In this document: piece by piece, positions 1 to 11,200 of the stretch
How the letters are laid out: every line of letters starts with the position of its first letter
Position numbering within the stretch: position 1 is the stretch's first letter
Assembly (NCBI GenBank): GCA_964434585.1
Contig: CAYSVN010000003.1
Location: 1-41,508 of the forward strand
DNA length: 41,508 nucleotides
Reading direction: 5' to 3'
From: an uncultured Candidatus Peribacteria bacterium
GTDB lineage: Bacteria; Patescibacteriota; Gracilibacteria; Peribacterales; Peribacteraceae
Position numbers and translations under genes: made by a program
Notes under the pieces: generated by a model
Database searches by the model: none
The model's input: the letters and a program-made list of their open reading frames with translations, nothing else
Told to the model about the DNA's origin: nothing

Positions 1-44
1 AACCACCTGCGAAAAATTGTCATGTGCGAAACTTTTTTGTGTAC

Positions 45-65
45 TCCTGAGCTTGCCGAAGGGTT
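45..65 (+). repeat. REP-like dispersed element TCCTGAGCTTGCCGAAGGGTT, copy 1
   Basis: Exact reverse complement at 4356-4376. Here it is enclosed by the inverted repeat ACTTTTTTGT (31-40) / ACAAAAAAGT (70-79). Confidence 0.8.
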
Positions 66-86
66 GGTTACAAAAAAGTCAAGAGG

Positions 87-809
87 TTAAACATATCCCT
101 CTACTTTCATTTGCGCCTTTGGCACCCCAAGCTCTTCTAGGCAAATACGTTTAACGTCTTTAACCATCGCTGGGTTACCACAAGCGTACACCATACTTGC
201 ACCCCAATTAGTATCTTGCTGCTGCATAACTTCTGTTACACGGCCAGTTGCACCTTGCCAAGTTTCATCTGGCTGTGAAACTGCAGTCACTAAGGTAAAA
301 TTCTCCATTTGGCTTGCTAGGTTTTGTAGTAATTCAAGGTGAAAAAAATCTGATACTTCTTTAACGCCGAAAATTAAGGTCGTATTATGGGTGTACTCTT
401 GTGTTTGTAGCCATAATAAGTGTCCAATATACGGTACAATTCCACTAGAGGTTCCTATCCAAACGAGTGGACGGCTAACATCTGTTTTGTTTTTTTCATG
501 CAATGTTAAACTACCCATAGCGCTCGTAAAGGTCATGCTTTCACCTTCTTTAAACGTTTCACGTAGGTAGTTACTCATACGGCCAGACTCTTCTAGCTTA
601 ATAATAAGCTTTAAAGCGTTTTCGTGCGGGCTAGAAGAAAGTGAATATGCCCGTGGTTGAATATCAGTAACGTCTTCTACTAATGGAGTGTCTATTAAAA
701 TATACTGACCTGCTTGATACTCAAAATTTTCTGGTTTTTCTAAAACCAACTCAACCACGTTATGGTTAAGTTTGTTTATAGCCACACATGTACTGGTAAA
801 TTTCTGCAT
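87..809 (-). CDS. FAD/NAD(P)-binding oxidoreductase, ferredoxin-NADP reductase (FNR)-like family
   Basis: Motifs AGQY, RAYSLSS (RxYS), GRMS, GTSSGIVP (variant of the nucleotide-binding glycine motif), YACGNPAMV and C-terminal EGY; no Fe-S domain. Confidence 0.85.
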   Translation of the reverse strand: MQKFTSTCVAINKLNHNVVELVLEKPENFEYQAGQYILIDTPLVEDVTDIQPRAYSLSSSPHENALKLIIKLEESGRMSNYLRETFKEGESMTFTSAMGSLTLHEKNKTDVSRPLVWIGTSSGIVPYIGHLLWLQTQEYTHNTTLIFGVKEVSDFFHLELLQNLASQMENFTLVTAVSQPDETWQGATGRVTEVMQQQDTNWGASMVYACGNPAMVKDVKRICLEELGVPKAQMKVEGYV

Positions 810-851
810 GCGGTACGTAGTGTAGCAGCTAAAATATCCTTTCCCAATACA

Positions 852-970
852 ACCTCTCCCCGGCCCTCTCCTCTGAGGATGAGAGGGTGACTTACGTTTA
901 TAGAAGGCTAAAGTTCGTTGCTCAGTAAACGTAAGTCACCTCTCCCAATTTGGGAGAGGTTGGGAGAGGG
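852..970. repeat. Inverted pair of REP-like palindromes (CCTCTCCC..CCTCTCC-loop-GAGAGG-GTGACTTACGTTTA)
   Basis: Copy A spans 852-900 and copy B spans 926-970 in the opposite orientation. They share the tail GTGACTTACGTTTA / TAAACGTAAGTCAC, and each has an internal hairpin. Confidence 0.85.
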
Positions 971-1357
971 TTTTTGACTGAGGAAGGTCTTACTAAGAGC
1001 TTCATACTCACAAACATCCTTAATGGTCTGTAAAATTATATCTAGCTCATTGCTTACCATACTATTTAAAACTCGAATGACAAAAAATCCTTGTTTTTTT
1101 AAGTACTGGTTTTTTGCTTTATCTCTCTGCTGCTGATCAAATGTACTATGAATAGAACCATCAACCTCTATCACGATTTTTAATGATAGGAATGCAAAAT
1201 CTACAATCCATGGGCCAATTGGTACCTGTTTTTTACATTTAAATCCTAGCTGGTTTGATCTTAATTTTTTCCACAATATTTTTTCTGCAGGTGTCATTGT
1301 TTTTCTTAATGTTTTTGCAAACTGTAATTTATTTTCTTTATTATATGTGGAAATCAT
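908..1357 (-). CDS. DUF559 (Vsr/PD-(D/E)xK-like) endonuclease domain protein
   Basis: LRKTMTPAEKILW..LR, QVPIGPWIVDF, VIEVDGSIH, RD...L...GF.VIR. The C-terminal KPSPNLSQIGRG is read-through into the REP-like repeat. Confidence 0.9.
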   Translation of the reverse strand: MISTYNKENKLQFAKTLRKTMTPAEKILWKKLRSNQLGFKCKKQVPIGPWIVDFAFLSLKIVIEVDGSIHSTFDQQQRDKAKNQYLKKQGFFVIRVLNSMVSNELDIILQTIKDVCEYEALSKTFLSQKPSPNLSQIGRGDLRLLSNEL

Positions 1358-1421
1358 AAAAATAGTATTAAAGCTTATAAAAGCGATAATACTATCATTA
1401 TATTTATATAACTGTCAAACT

Positions 1422-3461
<2,040 letters not shown>

Positions 3462-3618
3462 TTATACAAATAGTAAATAGTGGACGTATTGTAGGGAAAA
3501 ACGCGACTTATTTCAATAGGGATACTACTGTAAATTTCATTAAAATTATTTCTAGATTTACGGATTATAATTTGATACACTAAAATGAATATTTTATTTC
3601 TATAAATACAGTCACCAC

Positions 3619-3867
3619 ATGGACAAAGCAGTATCAAGTAAAGATTATGCCAATAATAAACTTATTCAGCTCGAAGACGATGCTGGAGAAGGAGCGTTAA
3701 GCGATCATATCGCTAATATTAGAGAGGGAATATTAGATGAAAATACTCAAATAATTCATAATAACATTACGAGGTTAGTGACTATTGATCATAAAGTTGC
3801 GCATCAGGTTATGGATATTTTAACCGATTGCAGAATTGATTTTGGTATTGTTCTTACACCAAGTTAA
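3619..3867 (+). CDS. Hypothetical protein (82 aa)
   Basis: ATG-started ORF filling the gap between gyrB and mscL, followed by a hairpin; no recognisable family. Confidence 0.6.
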   Translation: MDKAVSSKDYANNKLIQLEDDAGEGALSDHIANIREGILDENTQIIHNNITRLVTIDHKVAHQVMDILTDCRIDFGIVLTPS

Positions 3868-3889
3868 AGATACTTGGGATGACACAAAT

Positions 3890-3920
3890 AAAAAGCCACC
3901 CCATACTGGAGTAGCTTTTT
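3890..3920. terminator. Probable bidirectional intrinsic terminator
   Basis: AAAAGCCACCCCA-TAC-TGGAGTAGCTTTTT imperfect stem with A/T tails between convergent genes. Confidence 0.55.
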
Positions 3921-3937
3921 AGATTGTCAGTTACGAC

Positions 3938-4342
3938 TTATTTTTTCATTAAATCACGCATTTCTGTAAGAAGTGCGATATCTGCTGGAGGTCCAGCCGC
4001 TTCTTCTTCTTTTTTGAAACTGTTTACCTTCTTAATCATAAGGAAAATAACAAACAGAACAATAAGGAAAATAATAATTTCGTTAATGAAATTACCGTAG
4101 TTAAGGGTAGCAGCGCCTGCTTCTTGTGCTGCAGCCAGCGTACTGTAGTTACCGTCGCCAAGGTTGACGAACATGTTACTAAAATCAACACCGCCAAGGA
4201 ACATACCAACAATTGGCATAATAATATCGCTTACAAGTGAAGCTACAACGGTAGCGGTAGCTGCACCAATAATGATACCGGTTGCCATGTCGACCATAGA
4301 GCCTTTCATAGCGAAGTCTTTAAATTCAGACATCATTGACAT
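3938..4342 (-). CDS. mscL: Large-conductance mechanosensitive channel
   Basis: EFKDFAMKG..VDMA.GIIIG, SLVSDIIMP, NYGNFIN, LLTEMRD. Start placed at MSMMSEF (4342) because the longer ORF only translates the upstream repeat. Confidence 0.95.
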   Translation of the reverse strand: MSMMSEFKDFAMKGSMVDMATGIIIGAATATVVASLVSDIIMPIVGMFLGGVDFSNMFVNLGDGNYSTLAAAQEAGAATLNYGNFINEIIIFLIVLFVIFLMIKKVNSFKKEEEAAGPPADIALLTEMRDLMKK

Positions 4343-4355
4343 ATAAATAATAGGA

Positions 4356-4380
4356 AACCCTTCGGCAAGCTCAGGATGAC
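4356..4380 (-). repeat. REP-like dispersed element, copy 2 (AACCCTTCGGCAAGCTCAGGATGAC)
   Basis: 21-bp core identical to 45-65 in inverted orientation; lies immediately upstream of the mscL start. Confidence 0.8.
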
Positions 4381-4655
4381 AAAACGTCATTATGGTTGCA
4401 GGCAACGCGCTAGCCTTAGGTGAGATAAAAATTGTGTAAGCATAATTATTGAGATCTGATTTTCAGTCAAGGATTTCATGCGGATTTTAGTCAAGGAAGT
4501 GTTCTTGCATAAAAAATAAAGCATGTTTTAGTTACTTTTTGGCTAATTATAGCCAAAACACTATTTTTTAAATTCCGCAATGCAACATTCTTTTAAAAAA
4601 AGCAAACTATGCGTATAATGGATAGATTTATAAATACACATACACACAACATTTT

Positions 4656-6023
4656 ATGCCAAGTACACTATTACGTTTTCTACAATACACCTTAATTGGA
4701 GCCATTTGTTTAACACCGTTTGTAGGTAGTGCCACGAGAGCACCATACGAAGCAACCTTTACACTTACTGCTTACTACTCGCCTGAGCCAGGCCAGATAG
4801 CTTACGCCCGAGGCGGCTACATTGCAGAGAAAATTTTAAATGGCGAAGGTACTCATGGGGCAAGTGGTAAGCCAGTTTTTTCAGGAATGATTGCAGCACC
4901 TAGCACGTACGATTTTGGTACTGTAGTTGACCTTGAAGGGCTGGGTATTTTTGAAATAAGCGACCGTGGTGGTGCCATTGTAAGTGCTGGACAACGAGCG
5001 CTTGCAAAGCATGATAGAATTGATATTTGGATGGGATATGGAGAAGAAGCATTGGCACGTGCGTTAGAATTTGGAGTACAGCATGTTAATGCTACTGTTT
5101 ACCCTAATGGCACTACCCAACCTGCTGTTGCATTTGATGCTAAAAAACTACCAGCACCAATGCGTAGACTGGCAGCGTATGAAAGTGAACACCTACTAGA
5201 TATGCGTGCTGAATTTGGTGATATTGGCTTAACGGTAAAGTATGTTCAAGAATACCTAAAAGAGTTAAATTATTTTAATGATACCCCTACTGGCTATTAT
5301 GGACCAATAACAAAACAGGCCCTACAGCTATTTATTAATGATATGAATCTTGATGAATCTAGCGATTTTATTAGTGGTCCAACAATTGCATATTTATTAG
5401 CTGCTATCTCTACTGAAAAAACTCCAGTACTTGACGGCCATATCTATAGTGATAGCACTAACAAAGAGCGTATTAGCACTGCACAACGAGCGTTACGTGG
5501 GCTTGGTTACTATCAAGGAAAAAACCATGGTATTTACGATCAAAATTTTGCAAATGCTGTTATGGAATTACAGAAAGATAATTTACTTATTGCTGATAGC
5601 ACGTCGGTTGGGGCAGGAAATATTGGGCCCAAAACACTCAAGGCATTAACCGAAGCAAATTACCGTTTGCGTTTAGCAAATACTGCTAAGTCTTATAAGG
5701 ATATGCAGCGTATTAATGAAACTATTAAAAATAGTGATACCTATGTTGGCCAATTTTTAGAAATGGGTTGGCAAGGTAAAGAAGTAGAACGTCTGCAGCG
5801 AATGCTGCAAAAACTTGGTTACTTTACCGAGGATATAAATGGCGTATTTGGCCCTGCTACTAAGGCTAGTGTTATCGCTTTCCAAATTAATGAAGGCATT
5901 ATGAACAGTGCAAACGACTTATATGCTGGCGAAGTGGGACCGCAAACATTAAAAGCATTACGCACAAAAGAACGTCTAGCTGCTCTGCAAGCTGTGCGAA
6001 GTTTTGGCTGGAGCGTGCTATAA
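4656..6023 (+). CDS. Secreted 3D-domain (MltA-like) cell-wall enzyme with about three peptidoglycan-binding (PG_binding_1) repeats
   Basis: Signal peptide; 3D motifs TAYYS..IAAP..FGT..DRGGAI..RIDIW; repeats VKYVQEYLKELNYF..TGYYGPIT, AQRALRGLGYY..GIYD, VERLQRMLQKLGYF..NGVFGPAT. Confidence 0.88.
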   Translation: MPSTLLRFLQYTLIGAICLTPFVGSATRAPYEATFTLTAYYSPEPGQIAYARGGYIAEKILNGEGTHGASGKPVFSGMIAAPSTYDFGTVVDLEGLGIFEISDRGGAIVSAGQRALAKHDRIDIWMGYGEEALARALEFGVQHVNATVYPNGTTQPAVAFDAKKLPAPMRRLAAYESEHLLDMRAEFGDIGLTVKYVQEYLKELNYFNDTPTGYYGPITKQALQLFINDMNLDESSDFISGPTIAYLLAAISTEKTPVLDGHIYSDSTNKERISTAQRALRGLGYYQGKNHGIYDQNFANAVMELQKDNLLIADSTSVGAGNIGPKTLKALTEANYRLRLANTAKSYKDMQRINETIKNSDTYVGQFLEMGWQGKEVERLQRMLQKLGYFTEDINGVFGPATKASVIAFQINEGIMNSANDLYAGEVGPQTLKALRTKERLAALQAVRSFGWSVL

Positions 6024-6039
6024 AACATCGTGTAATTAC

Positions 6040-6067
6040 TTGACATTCTTATTATATTCTATAGAAT
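6040..6067 (+). promoter_or_regulatory. Putative sigma70 promoter
   Basis: TTGACA (6040-6045), 16 bp spacer, TAGAAT (6062-6067), upstream of ATG at 6095. Confidence 0.55.
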
Positions 6068-6094
6068 ATTTATATTATTTTGTCAAATATTGTT

Positions 6095-7192
6095 ATGCCT
6101 AAAACCCTTGATTCTCCAACTTCTGTTGCACAGCGTGTTCCGGTAGATAATACTGATGCTATTGATCTATTTAAAGGCTTGATGAAAGAAGATACTACCG
6201 ATATAGATCAATATCAATCTTTGCTTAACCAACTGAATCCTGGTAACGATATTTCATCTACTGAAATTAATAATATTGACCGTATTAGTAGAGCCTTAAC
6301 GCGTTTTAGCGCTAATTATAAACTAGCACTTGAACGCGAATTGGATCGTGGTGAAGGCAATTTCAAGTTTAAAGATAATAAAGACACAAGATATAGTCAA
6401 ACAGCAATTGCGCGTTCATATGAACGATTTTCGAATGTCTCTGGCATGGCGTTAACATTACAAAATAAATTGAAGTTTTATCAGCAAAGCCTTAATCGTG
6501 TTGCAGTTCCAACTGGCAACGTTAGCAAAGAAAAATTTGCTGCTGCTGCACCTACTCTTCGATTTAAGGGCGATGAGACAACTTTTATCTCTCGTGCAGA
6601 TGAGGAAGATGAGAGTGTAGAGCTTGTACTTACACCTAATCAAGCAAAAGAAGTGGTTAACGAAGTAAATGGGAAACGTCCACCTGTTGCACCTAAGAAT
6701 GCAATCCAGCATCTTGCTTTTAATAATGAGGAAAATCTTTCTAATGATAATATCAACGAAGTTCCATCTTTTCTCTCTAATAGCGAATTATTAAATGGCT
6801 TAATGAATGGTAGCCCTGCTGCAGAAGTGGCTTGGTCGGCAATGACTCAGCCGTGGTACCAGGCTCCATGGAACGAAGATAAGCTTAACTCTATTTATAT
6901 CAGCACAAAAAATAGACTAACTAAACTAAGAGAGTCTCTTAAAAATTATCATCTTAAATTACGGCAATCCCAGGGAACAGAAGTTGTAAAGGCGCGTATT
7001 ACAAAAACCGTTATCCTTATGCGGAGGCTAAACGCATTTGATGACCGACTTGTTAAGTTTGTACAACAGGTAAGATCTAAAAGAAGAAGGCAGTCTGCCC
7101 AAAATACCATACACCCTACAAACGAAAAGGCTCAACAGCCAAGTCGTCGAGCAAAGCTAAGAAATTGGTTTAAAAACGTTACAGGCTGGTAA
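6095..7192 (+). CDS. Hypothetical protein (about 365 aa)
   Basis: Long ORF with a promoter-like motif upstream; likely start MPKTL at 6095; acidic middle, basic helical C-terminus; no family recognised. Confidence 0.75.
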   Translation: MPKTLDSPTSVAQRVPVDNTDAIDLFKGLMKEDTTDIDQYQSLLNQLNPGNDISSTEINNIDRISRALTRFSANYKLALERELDRGEGNFKFKDNKDTRYSQTAIARSYERFSNVSGMALTLQNKLKFYQQSLNRVAVPTGNVSKEKFAAAAPTLRFKGDETTFISRADEEDESVELVLTPNQAKEVVNEVNGKRPPVAPKNAIQHLAFNNEENLSNDNINEVPSFLSNSELLNGLMNGSPAAEVAWSAMTQPWYQAPWNEDKLNSIYISTKNRLTKLRESLKNYHLKLRQSQGTEVVKARITKTVILMRRLNAFDDRLVKFVQQVRSKRRRQSAQNTIHPTNEKAQQPSRRAKLRNWFKNVTGW

Positions 7193-7628
7193 TATCCAAG
7201 TCATCAATTCTATCTTGATGTCGTCCCCCATCGAACGGAGTTTCTATAAATGTTTTTACCATTTGCTCTGTTAAGTGCTCTGCAGAAAAACGAGCACCAA
7301 TTACTAAAACATTTGCATTGTTATGTGCACGACCTAAGCGAGCAGTTTCTACATTATAACAAAGTGCAGCTCGGATACCTGGTACTTTATTAGCTGCCAT
7401 TGCTTCGCCGTTCCCACTACCACCAAAAAAGATTCCTCTACCTTCTTTTTGTAAAACTTGTATAGCACCTTTGCGCATAATTTCTGGATACGCATCGCGC
7501 TCTTCTAACTCTGGTTTTACATCGAGTACGGTAAAGTTAGAATGGAACTCTGCTAGATAATCTTTTACCTGTTCTTTTAAATGATGGCCAGCATGGTCGG
7601 AGGCTAAAATAATTGTTTCTGTTAACAT
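7179..7628 (-). CDS. rpiB: Ribose-5-phosphate isomerase B (RpiB/LacA/LacB family)
   Basis: ASDHAG, GGSGNGEAMAANKVPGIRAA, HNNANVL, F.GGRH..R. Confidence 0.95.
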   Translation of the reverse strand: MLTETIILASDHAGHHLKEQVKDYLAEFHSNFTVLDVKPELEERDAYPEIMRKGAIQVLQKEGRGIFFGGSGNGEAMAANKVPGIRAALCYNVETARLGRAHNNANVLVIGARFSAEHLTEQMVKTFIETPFDGGRHQDRIDDLDITSL

Positions 7629-7763
7629 GTAACTATTATAACATATATCTTCAGGATGATTTAGGTTAAAAAGCTACTACTTTTAACAACAATCTCTGTA
7701 AATGGCTGTATTTATGCTATACTATAGTGATAATTTTTATTTTTATTCACCTTTCTTTTTAAC

Positions 7764-8237
7764 ATGGCTCCTGCAAAGAAAACCACAAAAACTAATACCG
7801 CTAAACGTAAACCGGCTACAAAAACGGTAGCTGCTAAACGTCGTACTACTGCAACGCGTAAAGCAACAACTGCTGCTAAGCGTACTACAAAAAAAGTTAC
7901 CAAGGTTGCTCCTAAAAAAACAGTAACACGTGCTCGTAAAACTGTTGCTGCAAAAACTAGTACCGCTAAACGTACCGCTACTAAAAAAACAACTAGCGCT
8001 CGTAAAGCAACTCCTAAAAAAGTAAGTGCAAAACAAGTGGTTAAAAAAACGGTTCGTAATACAGCAAGGCCTAAAATAAACAATGCTGCTAGTACAACTA
8101 TGACTCCTGAAATGCTTAAAAGCGGTTCAGGTAATATGTCTATTAATATTCCTGTGTTATTTTTGATCGGTGTTATTTTAATATTACTACTACTAGGTGG
8201 TTCTATGAGCTACGCCCTTAATGCATCTTTAATTTAA
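7764..8237 (+). CDS. Histone H1-like Lys/Arg/Ala/Thr-rich protein with a C-terminal transmembrane segment
   Basis: About 105 aa of K/R/A/T low-complexity sequence followed by IPVLFLIGVILILLLLGG; extended -10 TGcTATACT at 7715-7723. Confidence 0.75.
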   Translation: MAPAKKTTKTNTAKRKPATKTVAAKRRTTATRKATTAAKRTTKKVTKVAPKKTVTRARKTVAAKTSTAKRTATKKTTSARKATPKKVSAKQVVKKTVRNTARPKINNAASTTMTPEMLKSGSGNMSINIPVLFLIGVILILLLLGGSMSYALNASLI

Positions 8238-8256
8238 TCTAATTTACCATTAATTT

Positions 8257-8291
8257 AAAAAGCATAAAGAATGTTGTCTTTATGCTTTTTT
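8257..8291. terminator. Bidirectional intrinsic terminator
   Basis: AAAAAGCATAAAGA-atgttg-TCTTTATGCTTTTT perfect stem between convergent genes. Confidence 0.8.
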
Positions 8292-8299
8292 GATACTCT

Positions 8300-11200
8300 T
8301 TACTTATTAAACAATCCTTCTACTTCCATTGCTCGCCACAATACCATGGCTGCCTCTGCCCTGTTAATTGGTGATGTTGGTTCGAATGTTTTTTGTCCAT
8401 CGATCTCTGTTCCATCGTGACCTTGCATAATACAGCTACTATTAACAATGTTAATATCTTCTATAAAAGTGGTTGCTGTGTTTACATCTCGATAGTTTAA
8501 CGTTATACCATTTTCATTTTTTTCTATATTAAAACTAGATACAATTAACGACGCTACTTCTGCCCTGGTAATTTGATCCTCAAGCTCTGCAGCAGGTAGT
8601 TCGCTGAAAATAGAATCTCCATGTGTGTAAAGGCGCTCAAAGAACTCTGCTGACCAATGGGTACTGTCAGGTACTGCTATTTCTTGTTCTGATACGTTTT
8701 TTAAATTAGCAGCATTAACAACCATTTTTGTAAACTGAGCTTTAGTTAATGTATCTGCTGGCCCATACTCCCCCGTTGGCTGCTTTAACCGATCTTGGTA
8801 CCCACTTATAATATTTGCTTTTACTAAAGTATCAATCACTACTGCATACCAATCATCTATGCCGACATCGTTAAAGACAACAGCTGTACCATTAATAATG
8901 GTCTCTAATTTATTGTTGTTAGCACGTAATGCTGTACTTGCTGGCTTTAGCTCACACACATTTTTATCTTCTGTTTCATCTAACGACTCTGATGAAGAGC
9001 TAGCAATATTAAATGTACCACGTCCGCCTCCGCCAGAGCTTCTAGTTGCACCACTCGTTCCTCCCAACTCAACAATTGGACAATCGGCAGTTGTAATTTC
9101 TATAAGGTCTGACGTCTCTACCAAGTCTTGATTACGTGTTTTTACAATGTACTCATAATTTGTTTGGCAGTCGATATTTGTATCTACTAATGTAAAGAGG
9201 TTGGGAGCCCAGCCAACACTAAAGCCCGTTGTTATATTTTCTGCATAATACTCTACCGTAGGTGGATTGCTGCCAGAACCCCAGGTTAAGGTAATAGTTT
9301 CTGTTGGTAACTCTGCACCTGTTAAAGCAGATGGTGGATCTGCTAACGTTCTAAAGGTTACAATATTTGAATTTGGAGAATATGTTTTTGTAAAACCATT
9401 TTGAATGTAGCTGCGAACTGTTCTTGATATTAAGGTATCTGGCCCAAGGCTTACTTCTGTCCAGTCGGTAGCATTTGGTACTGGTAAATCTTTTACGCTT
9501 GACCCTGACCCATTGAAAACTTCATACCCAGATTCATATGCTGAGCCATCGGTCCAAGACCAATCTATTGTACTTGATGTAATATTAGAACCTGTAAGCA
9601 CTGGGGCAATAGGAGAAGTATACACTACTGGACTACTAGCAACACTTAAAGCTGTAAGATTAAATGGGTTAACTGGAGGATTGCTAGCAATAAATGCCTC
9701 TACCTTAAAATTGTACGTATGGTTTGCAGTACCACTGTTATATGTATAACTGCTAACGTCTGCAGCGGTAGTAGCATGCTGGATAAATGGCCCACCGTCC
9801 TCTGAAACATAAATATGGTAACCAGATTCATATAAAGCATTATCATTCCAGGTAACATTAATATTGTTATTTGCTACATAGCTTGCCGCTACATTTGTTG
9901 CCACAGCCGGCGTTGTATATACAGTTGCTGACGTTGCTGCTGTAGAAAATAGCTCAGCATTATTAAGCGTATCACCTATGTGCGCAACAATGGTGAACGT
10001 ATAAGCACTGTTTGGACTAGTATCAACATAGTTATAAGCTGTGTCTCCAGCACTTGTAGTATTAACGCCTGATGTTAATTCTGTTTGCGCCCCACTGTTT
10101 TCAGCTACACTTATTCTAAATCCATCTTCGTAGGCACTTGTATCAACCCAACTAAGGTTAATGGCATTGTCATTAACATACGCTGCTGCAAAGCTACCAG
10201 GAGTTGATGGAGTAGTATATTCGTAAATAGAATACGTATACTCAGAATTTGTAGAACCATTATTAGCCCTCGTACGCCAACGATATGCGTTGTCTGTAAC
10301 TAGCCCTGTGCCATCATCTACAATACTATCTGGTACATTCTGAACAGTAGTATCAGTTCCAACTACTTGGAATGTACCTGCGGCACAATTTGTAATTCCA
10401 TTACAGCGATCGATATCAACCATATTTAATATTGAGCGGTCAGTATAGTTTGTTGTAAATTGCGTATCGCTATTATAAATACTAAACACATCTGCTGGCG
10501 CAGCTGGGTCGGTGTAATGTGTAAATGGATCTAATATATAAACTGAACAACCAGCATAATTACAAGTACTTACTCGGTACATGTAGGCAGCATTACTAAC
10601 AGTTGTAAGATCATGAAGTGTAGTAGATGTACTGGTTCCTATAGATATAAATCCTCCAAAGCCTCCTCCGGTATCTACCTTACGTTGAACATCAAAGTAG
10701 TCCTCTATAATTGAAGTGTCTTGCCACGTCACAATAAAGGTGTCTGGAGTACCAGTTACTTTAGAAACAGAAATATTAGATGGATCTACCGGTGAGTCTA
10801 GCAGTGAGAATGAGGCAGGAGTCGAAAATGGACCCACTGCACCTACAGCATCAATAAAGGCAGTACGCCAATAATAAGAAGTAAGACCATCATCCATTGC
10901 TAATGGTAGCGTTGCAGTATTACCAATACTGCCGTACTCAATATTTACCGTTCGACTTCCCTCAGTTACCGTAGTAATTGCAGCGGCACCACTATCCCAG
11001 TGGGTAACACTTGTAAATGTTGGGTCTGTTGAAACTTGGATAATTACCTGACTAGCAGTATCGCCAGTATCGGGGTCATTATAAATAGCGGTAAAATATG
11101 GTAGCAATGATGCACTGCCGTACACTGGTACATTTTGTGGATTTACTGCTCCTGTTAACGCGCTGGTATGGTTAAAGTAAAGTTCAGTTGCTGCTAATGG

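Noticed and set aside
4343-4405. N-terminal extension of MscL in the ORF track
   Set aside because: CHPELAEG is simply the translation of the REP-like repeat; family similarity starts at MSMMSEF.
4458-4497. Direct repeat GATTTT(C)AGTCAAGGA between mscL and the 3D-domain gene
   Set aside because: Could be tandem -35 elements or an operator, but I found no convincing -10 partner or other copies.
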